From the NCBI GenBank assembly GCA_963665275.2, contig CAXXIN010000012.1:64001-128000 (forward strand): DNA of 64,000 bases, written 5' to 3'. Source of the DNA: Negativicutes bacterium. GTDB taxonomy: Bacteria > Bacillota > Negativicutes > UBA1444. The notes under the pieces were generated by a model. It was not told the DNA's origin and made no database searches. It worked only from the letters and a program-made list of their open reading frames with translations. Both the position numbers and the translations under genes were made by a program. This document shows, one piece after another, positions 58,362-64,000 of this stretch (its first letter is position 1; every line of letters starts with the position of its first letter).

Positions 58362-59252
58362 TTAATGCGAACTCCGCGTTGTCAACAAGACACCGGACAT
58401 AACGAAAACCATTCCCACAACGTGGGGCCAAGTCACCGTCTCACCGTACAACAACGCCGCAATCAGCACCGCATTGACCGGCATCAGGTTGATGTAGGCG
58501 CTGGCCTTGCCCGCCCCGATTTCGCGAACCCCCATGTTGAAAATCAAAAAAGCGATAAACGACGCAAAAATCGCCAAATAAATCAGCTCAGCCGCAACCT
58601 GGAATGAAACATCCGGCAGCTTCGCCCAGCCTTTTTCAGGCAGTGACGCAATCAACAGCATCATCGACCCCGTCAGCATTGATACCGCCGTTGCCAATGT
58701 CGGCGAAATACGCCGCATGATGATCTTTCCCAATATGGCATACGTCGTCCAAGTTGCAACAGCAGCCAACAATAGCAGTTCACCTCGGTTAAGGGAAAGG
58801 GAGAGCAGGGTTGACAAATCCCCCCTGGTTATCACGATCAGGACTCCTACCGCCGAAATCACGGCTCCCAGCCCCTGCCTGAGCGACCAGCGTTCCCCAA
58901 GGAACAGCACTGCCAACAGCGAAGTGGTCACCGGGTTGATGACGATCACCAACGCTCCGTTGATCGCCGAAGTATACTGCATGCCAATGTTGAACAACGC
59001 ATTGTAACCGAGGATCCCCGTCGCTCCCAAGCCAAGCAGTCCAGGCCAGGAAGCCCAGATGGCTCTCCAGTCCCACTCTCCCCGCCAAATTGTCCAAAGC
59101 GTCATCAGCAAACCGGCGCATAAAAAACGAAACGCCGCCACAGTCAGTGGCGGCAGTTCAGTCAGCACATGTTTTGTAGAGCCGAATGCACCACCCCAGA
59201 ATAACGGAACCAATAGCATCAATAGATAGATCCCCACTCGATTTTTTGCCAA
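58362..59252 (-). CDS. DMT/EamA family transporter
   Basis: About 10 TM segments in two EamA repeats; LFLGER, LYGE. Confidence 0.88.
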   Translation of the reverse strand: MAKNRVGIYLLMLLVPLFWGGAFGSTKHVLTELPPLTVAAFRFLCAGLLMTLWTIWRGEWDWRAIWASWPGLLGLGATGILGYNALFNIGMQYTSAINGALVIVINPVTTSLLAVLFLGERWSLRQGLGAVISAVGVLIVITRGDLSTLLSLSLNRGELLLLAAVATWTTYAILGKIIMRRISPTLATAVSMLTGSMMLLIASLPEKGWAKLPDVSFQVAAELIYLAIFASFIAFLIFNMGVREIGAGKASAYINLMPVNAVLIAALLYGETVTWPHVVGMVFVMSGVLLTTRSSH

Positions 59253-59285
59253 CCAACATCATCCTATTCTTCCAAATTCGCTTCG

Positions 59286-60152
59286 CTATTCTTGACGCTC
59301 CCATTCCTCGACGGGATAGGAACCCAGGCTCTTGAACCAGATGCTTTTTGCCTCCACCGCCGCCAGGACCTCCTTGATACGCGCTTCCCTGCAGTCGCCT
59401 TCCATGTCGAGGAAGAAAAGATACGCTCCCAGACCGGTACGAGCTGGCCTTGATTCAATCTTCGTCAGGTTGACCTCCCGATCGGCGAATTCCGATAAGA
59501 TCCGATATAAATCTCCAGGGCGGGAGCCGTCGATCTGACAGACAATCGAGGTTTTCCAGCGCTTGGATTCGATCCACGCCGCCGGGGAAACCTTCAAAGT
59601 CACAAAGCGGGTACAGTTGCTGGCCGTGTCCTGAATATCCGCAGCGATAATATCCAGGCTGTAGAGTTCGGCCGCCGTCCTGCTGCCAATGGCGGCCAGA
59701 CCGCTCTCCCCTGCGGCAACCCTGCGGGCCGCTTCCGCGGTACTCTCCACTGCAAGGCAGGCAGCTGAAGGGAATAGACGCGCCAGCGTCCGGCGGCACT
59801 GCGCCAAAGCCTGCGAATGCGACAAGATCAGCTGCACGCCTCGTCCAGCTTCACGCACCAGCAAATTGTGCCGCACGGGCATTACGATTTCACTGGCGAT
59901 CAACAGCTCAACTTCATGCGCCAAGGTATCCAGCGTAACATTTACAGATCCTTCCAGTGAGTTTTCAATCGGCACGACGCATTCGGAAATTTCTCCCGCA
60001 GCCACCGCCCGAATCGCCGCATCGATGGATGCATAAGGTTCCAAAACTGCCGCGCCGCCGAAAAGTTTCAGGGCCACTTCCTGGCTATACGTTCCCTGTG
60101 GACCTAAAAATCCCACCCGATAATTGGACTTTTCAATATGCTCCCGTATCAA
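59286..60152 (-). CDS. pheA: Prephenate dehydratase
   Basis: FLGPQGTYS, PIENSLEG, SHSQALAQC, NCTRF, ACT domain LTKIESRP. Confidence 0.93.
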   Translation of the reverse strand: MIREHIEKSNYRVGFLGPQGTYSQEVALKLFGGAAVLEPYASIDAAIRAVAAGEISECVVPIENSLEGSVNVTLDTLAHEVELLIASEIVMPVRHNLLVREAGRGVQLILSHSQALAQCRRTLARLFPSAACLAVESTAEAARRVAAGESGLAAIGSRTAAELYSLDIIAADIQDTASNCTRFVTLKVSPAAWIESKRWKTSIVCQIDGSRPGDLYRILSEFADREVNLTKIESRPARTGLGAYLFFLDMEGDCREARIKEVLAAVEAKSIWFKSLGSYPVEEWERQE

Positions 60153-60196
60153 TGGCCTGTCGCCCCTTTCTACTCATGGCTCGCAGGCCAACGTTT

Positions 60197-61534
60197 TTAT
60201 TGCAGTTCCGCCCATGTTGAACTTTCCCGGCTCATTAGGCGGGCATTATGGATCAGCGCGTCCATCGGCGTCAGTTCTTTCGCGTTACTGCCATACAGCC
60301 CCACGTTCAGCACCGTTCCGTCGCGGACCCGGTACACAGTCTGATTCAGGGAAATATAGTACGTGTTTTCCGCACGGACTTGCACGGCCTGAATCTCCGG
60401 CACTACCAACAAGGAACAACCTGCCGCAGCCGCTTTTTCCAGATTCGACAAGGTGCTTTTTTCGCCCGGGTCCACCACATATCCCGGCAAAATTCCGTCA
60501 TATTGCTCCCAAAGAGCTTCCTGCATATAAGGAAATTCGCTTTGCAACGCCGCTGGGAGGCTGTTTTTTATCTGAGCCACATAGAGGCGATTTTTTCCGG
60601 CAACCGGCTCGGAACGGGGCGCCAACCCTTCGTTTATGGCCCTCCGCAGTTTGGGATAATAATTTTTCAGAGCCAAGTCCAGATAGACCGGCATGTCATG
60701 GCTGAAGTAGCTTTTTAGGTCATCCGGCACCGTCCACTCCAGTACGGAGCCCATCTGCCGATATCCGCCATAGACCCGCCGCAGGGCGAACGGAACTGGG
60801 TCCCCGTCCGCTACGATCCGCGTTTGGGCGAACTTTCCATCATATTTTTGCACGAAAGCTTCATTGCCAACCGACGGCGCACCAAAATTGATGACTTCAA
60901 TCTGGCTGGCCTTAACGCCCATATCAATTAGCCGGGCCGCAAGCAGTGTCGCAACGGCGCCTCCCATGCTATGTCCCACCAGATAGATCTTGTCGTTATG
61001 ATCTTCCCGCAAAATATTGGAAATCGACCGCTCAGTGCCGGCCTGACTGTCATTGGCGAGCACCGTTCCAGCTGACAATAACAGCTGCGCAGCCTGGTTG
61101 AATCCTTCATGTACTCGCGGCACATCCGACGGCAAATCGGCTCGCGCCGCATTAGCTGCAAATTCATCAAGCGTCGAACCGGCAAAATAAACCTTCTTGG
61201 TTCTGAGATCGACTTTCGCATCCCTGACACTCTCGGTTCCGCCGATTGCCAGCAAATAAACGTCGCGATCCTGCTCGGAATTCGGGTTCCAGGCCAACAG
61301 ATATCTGGCGTCAGCCTTTTCGCCAACCAATTTCTTCGGCTCCACTTTCCAGCCTTCCTGCTCGAATGCCGTCACAGCAATACCGCCGATGCGGTTGCTG
61401 TAAGAAGCCATACAAGCGGCTGCCGCCGAATAGATTCTTTTCGCCTCCATATATTCAGCCAAGGTTCCCGCCGAGACGGCTGAAGTCCATGAAAAGGTAA
61501 ACAACATTAACAAAACACCAGTAATGAGCCTCAT
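60197..61534 (-). CDS. Secreted lipase class 3 family protein
   Basis: Signal peptide; VHEGF, GHSMGG, FGAPSVGN, DPVP. Confidence 0.85.
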   Translation of the reverse strand: MRLITGVLLMLFTFSWTSAVSAGTLAEYMEAKRIYSAAAACMASYSNRIGGIAVTAFEQEGWKVEPKKLVGEKADARYLLAWNPNSEQDRDVYLLAIGGTESVRDAKVDLRTKKVYFAGSTLDEFAANAARADLPSDVPRVHEGFNQAAQLLLSAGTVLANDSQAGTERSISNILREDHNDKIYLVGHSMGGAVATLLAARLIDMGVKASQIEVINFGAPSVGNEAFVQKYDGKFAQTRIVADGDPVPFALRRVYGGYRQMGSVLEWTVPDDLKSYFSHDMPVYLDLALKNYYPKLRRAINEGLAPRSEPVAGKNRLYVAQIKNSLPAALQSEFPYMQEALWEQYDGILPGYVVDPGEKSTLSNLEKAAAAGCSLLVVPEIQAVQVRAENTYYISLNQTVYRVRDGTVLNVGLYGSNAKELTPMDALIHNARLMSRESSTWAELQ

Positions 61535-61564
61535 TTTCTCACTGTCCTTTGTCCAATCGTTTTT

Positions 61565-63079
61565 TCACTCAACCAAATGCTCCTTTTGCTGCAGAAATTC
61601 GCAGAAGACGTCCACCAAAGCCGGATCAAATTGTTTGCCGGAACATTTTTTCAGCTCCTGAAGCGCGTTATTGATCGGCATCGCCTTGCGGTAAGGACGG
61701 TCGCTCGTCATGGCGTCATAAGCATCCGCAATCGATAGAATACGGCATTCCAACGGAATGTCCTCACCTGCGAGTCCAATCGGATAACCGCTGCCATCCC
61801 ACCATTCATGATGACGCAAAATCCATTCTGCGATATGCAGCAGATCCACCGACGACAACGCGATTCGATAGCCGATTTCGCTGTGCCGTTTCATCTCTTC
61901 CCTTTCCGCTTCATTCAACGCACCCGGTTTGAACAAAATAGCATCACTGACGCCAACCTTCCCGATATCATGAAACTTCGCGAACAGCTTCATGGCTCCC
62001 TGTTGGCTGGAACCAAATCCGATCTTTTCCGCCAGACCGCCAACCCATACTTCCAACCGCTCCGCATGTCCTTCCGTTATAAAATCTCTCGCTTCCAGCA
62101 AGGTCATGACCGTGTTTACGATACCACTGCGCGTACTTTGGGAGCGCAGCAGCTTTTCACGGCGCACCTGATGATCAGCGTCCCGCAGCAGCACATTCAG
62201 CTCTATCGGCTTGCTTTCAGCAACCGCATGGCCAACGGACAGGCTGAGAAAGCTGTCATTATTGCTCAAATTGTAGGATTCCACCGACTCGCGCAAATGC
62301 CGACAAATACCCTCAGCCTCTTTACGTCCGGTTCCCGGACAGATGAGGGCAAATTCGTCGCCCCCGACCCGGGCTAATATCGCTCCCGTTTCTACCAGCT
62401 CGCTGAGAAGTACTGCCGTCATAATGAGACGCTGGTCACCAGATGCATGGCCCAGCGTTTCATTGGTCATCTGCAGTCCGTCGATATCACAGGCAATCAG
62501 AGCACAGGGCATCGATAGCGAATCGCGTCGCCGTTGAAACTCGTATTCCAGATATGCCCGGTTATAGAGACCCGTCAATGAGTCGTGCGTGCTCACATGA
62601 TGCAACATGGCATCAGCCCGCTTGCGTTCGGAGACATCCCGCAAAATTACTACGGCAAAAATCGTTTCGCCCAGCGCTACCACATCAATGGAACCTTCAA
62701 TCGGAACCTGTGAACCATCCCGACGTCGGAACTCCGTTGAAAACTCCTGCCGCAACCCCGCCTTATCCGATCTCCCTTCCAGGTGCTGCAGCACCGCTCC
62801 GGCTACAGGGAACAAATCCGTCAGCTTGGATTCGAGCAATTTGCTGCGAGAAAAGCCCAAGACGCCGCATGCCGATTCATTGGCATCGACAATGGCACCG
62901 GAAGGCAAGCGAACCGTCAGGATTCCGTCGTTCACCTTGTCAAGCAAATTACGGAAAGTCTCCAGTTCTTCCAACCGTTTCTGCAGCTCCGGATAATAGT
63001 TTTTGCGGATCGAATTCTCGCCCAACCCAATCAATTTTTCCCGGATAAAATCAGGTTGTTTGTCAGAGAACCGCTTCAT
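61565..63079 (-). CDS. PAS-GGDEF-HD-GYP c-di-GMP turnover protein
   Basis: PAS, DSLTGLYNR, GGDEF, HDIGK, HHEWWDGSGYP; N-terminal LIGLGENSIRKNYYPEL. Confidence 0.92.
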   Translation of the reverse strand: MKRFSDKQPDFIREKLIGLGENSIRKNYYPELQKRLEELETFRNLLDKVNDGILTVRLPSGAIVDANESACGVLGFSRSKLLESKLTDLFPVAGAVLQHLEGRSDKAGLRQEFSTEFRRRDGSQVPIEGSIDVVALGETIFAVVILRDVSERKRADAMLHHVSTHDSLTGLYNRAYLEYEFQRRRDSLSMPCALIACDIDGLQMTNETLGHASGDQRLIMTAVLLSELVETGAILARVGGDEFALICPGTGRKEAEGICRHLRESVESYNLSNNDSFLSLSVGHAVAESKPIELNVLLRDADHQVRREKLLRSQSTRSGIVNTVMTLLEARDFITEGHAERLEVWVGGLAEKIGFGSSQQGAMKLFAKFHDIGKVGVSDAILFKPGALNEAEREEMKRHSEIGYRIALSSVDLLHIAEWILRHHEWWDGSGYPIGLAGEDIPLECRILSIADAYDAMTSDRPYRKAMPINNALQELKKCSGKQFDPALVDVFCEFLQQKEHLVE

Positions 63080-64000
63080 AAATCGCCTCAACATCCTGCT
63101 TTTTCAGGAGGATAGGATTCGTCGCCATGCAGGCATCCCGCATGGCAAATTCGGTGAGCCTTGGAATGTCCGATTTTTTCACACCCAACCGCCCGATAGT
63201 GGGAAGAATTCCAACGGTTTCCCGCAGCTCGGAAAGCTTTTTGACCAACAGTTGCGAACGTTTCCCTGCATCGCAACCCTGCAAAGGGATTCCCAGGACT
63301 TCCGCGATCCGGTCATAGCGTTCCGGGCAGCCGGGATAATTGAAAGCAACGACCGCTGTCAGCAGAATCGCATTGCATTCGCCATGCGGCAGGTCCAGAT
63401 ATCCGCCGAGGCTGTGCGCCAAGGCATGGACCGCGCCAAGAATCGCATTGGAAAAAGCTAACCCTGCATTCAAACTGGCCAACATCATCGGCCCCTGAAA
63501 CTGAAGCAACCAAGGCTGGGCGACCGCACCAGGCAAATTGGCGGCAACCAGACGAATCGCCTCCAGTGCATGCAAGTCGGTAATGGGGGAATGGGCGCTC
63601 GAAACATACGCTTCAATGGCATGCGTCAAGGCATCCATCCCGGTACAGGCAACTCCATAAGGCGGCAACGTAGTCAAGGTCTGGGGATCGATCAGCGCAA
63701 CATCAGGCACCACCGTTTTGCTGACGATAGCCATTTTGGTCCGACGACGGGTGTCTGCAATAATCACGAATTGAGATACCTCAGCGGCGCTGCCGGCTGT
63801 TGTCGGGACACAGACAATCGGCGGAGTCGGGTATTCGACCAGATCCACCCCTTCAAATTCCTCAATGTCACGCCCGTGGCTGGCCACAATGCCAATCGCC
63901 TTGGCGCAGTCCATCGGGCTGCCGCCGCCCACTGCGACGATCGCGTTACAGCCAGCCGCCTCATAAAAACGCTCTCCCGCACGAACTTCCTCGGCCTTGG
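63063..64000 (-). CDS. Iron-containing ADH-like protein (ErcA-like), 5' end outside the window
   Basis: GGGSPMDCAK, PTTAGSAAEVSQF, DALTHAIEAYVS, HSLGGYLDLPHGECNA, DACMATNP. Confidence 0.88.
   Translation of the reverse strand, partial: KAEEVRAGERFYEAAGCNAIVAVGGGSPMDCAKAIGIVASHGRDIEEFEGVDLVEYPTPPIVCVPTTAGSAAEVSQFVIIADTRRRTKMAIVSKTVVPDVALIDPQTLTTLPPYGVACTGMDALTHAIEAYVSSAHSPITDLHALEAIRLVAANLPGAVAQPWLLQFQGPMMLASLNAGLAFSNAILGAVHALAHSLGGYLDLPHGECNAILLTAVVAFNYPGCPERYDRIAEVLGIPLQGCDAGKRSQLLVKKLSELRETVGILPTIGRLGVKKSDIPRLTEFAMRDACMATNPILLKKQDVEAIYEAVL

Noticed and set aside
1-64000. CRISPR arrays, tRNA/rRNA, transposases, integrases, phage or defence genes
   Set aside because: No regularly spaced repeats or recognisable motifs were seen, and nearly all sequence is accounted for by metabolic and regulatory CDSs.

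Overview
Metabolism-dense window from an anaerobic, probably diderm Firmicute (Negativicutes/Sporomusaceae-like, inferred from a Firmicutes-type pyruvate carboxylase alongside tonB-exbBD). I found no rRNA, tRNA, CRISPR array or mobile element. Main blocks: (1) mixed housekeeping genes and tonB-exbBD (1-10.6 kb). (2) Two nitrogen-scavenging operons either side of pyc: pucR-ygeY-like-Fe-ADH-tpa-like, and urtABCDE-amidase-small ORF-ygeY-like. Both leaders carry the same AGCAATGAGGCT ANTAR-type hairpin overlapping a terminator. (3) A small MerR/CMD/NHL islet with pseudogene debris. (4) The most striking feature, a ~17.6 kb minus-strand cluster (30.4-48.1 kb) that interleaves small-molecule biosynthesis genes with a sensing module. 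The biosynthetic part has a GNAT-like/acyl-AMP ligase fusion, two ACPs, two FabH, an XDH-family Mo enzyme, a HisC-like PLP enzyme, a stand-alone GNAT-like protein and a MATE exporter. The sensing part has an NMT1/THI5 binding protein, a Cache-HAMP-PP2C phosphatase, a STAS protein, RsbW and a degenerate RsbW-GNAT hybrid. This is a candidate undescribed make-export-sense signalling system. (5) A sigma54/LysR-controlled larA-leuCD-like / DASS-fumAB dicarboxylate cluster, a candidate maleate/D-malate route. (6) tcdA, DMT, pheA, a lipase and an ErcA-like ADH coupled to a PAS-GGDEF-HD-GYP protein. All functional calls come from motif recognition by eye; no database searches were run.
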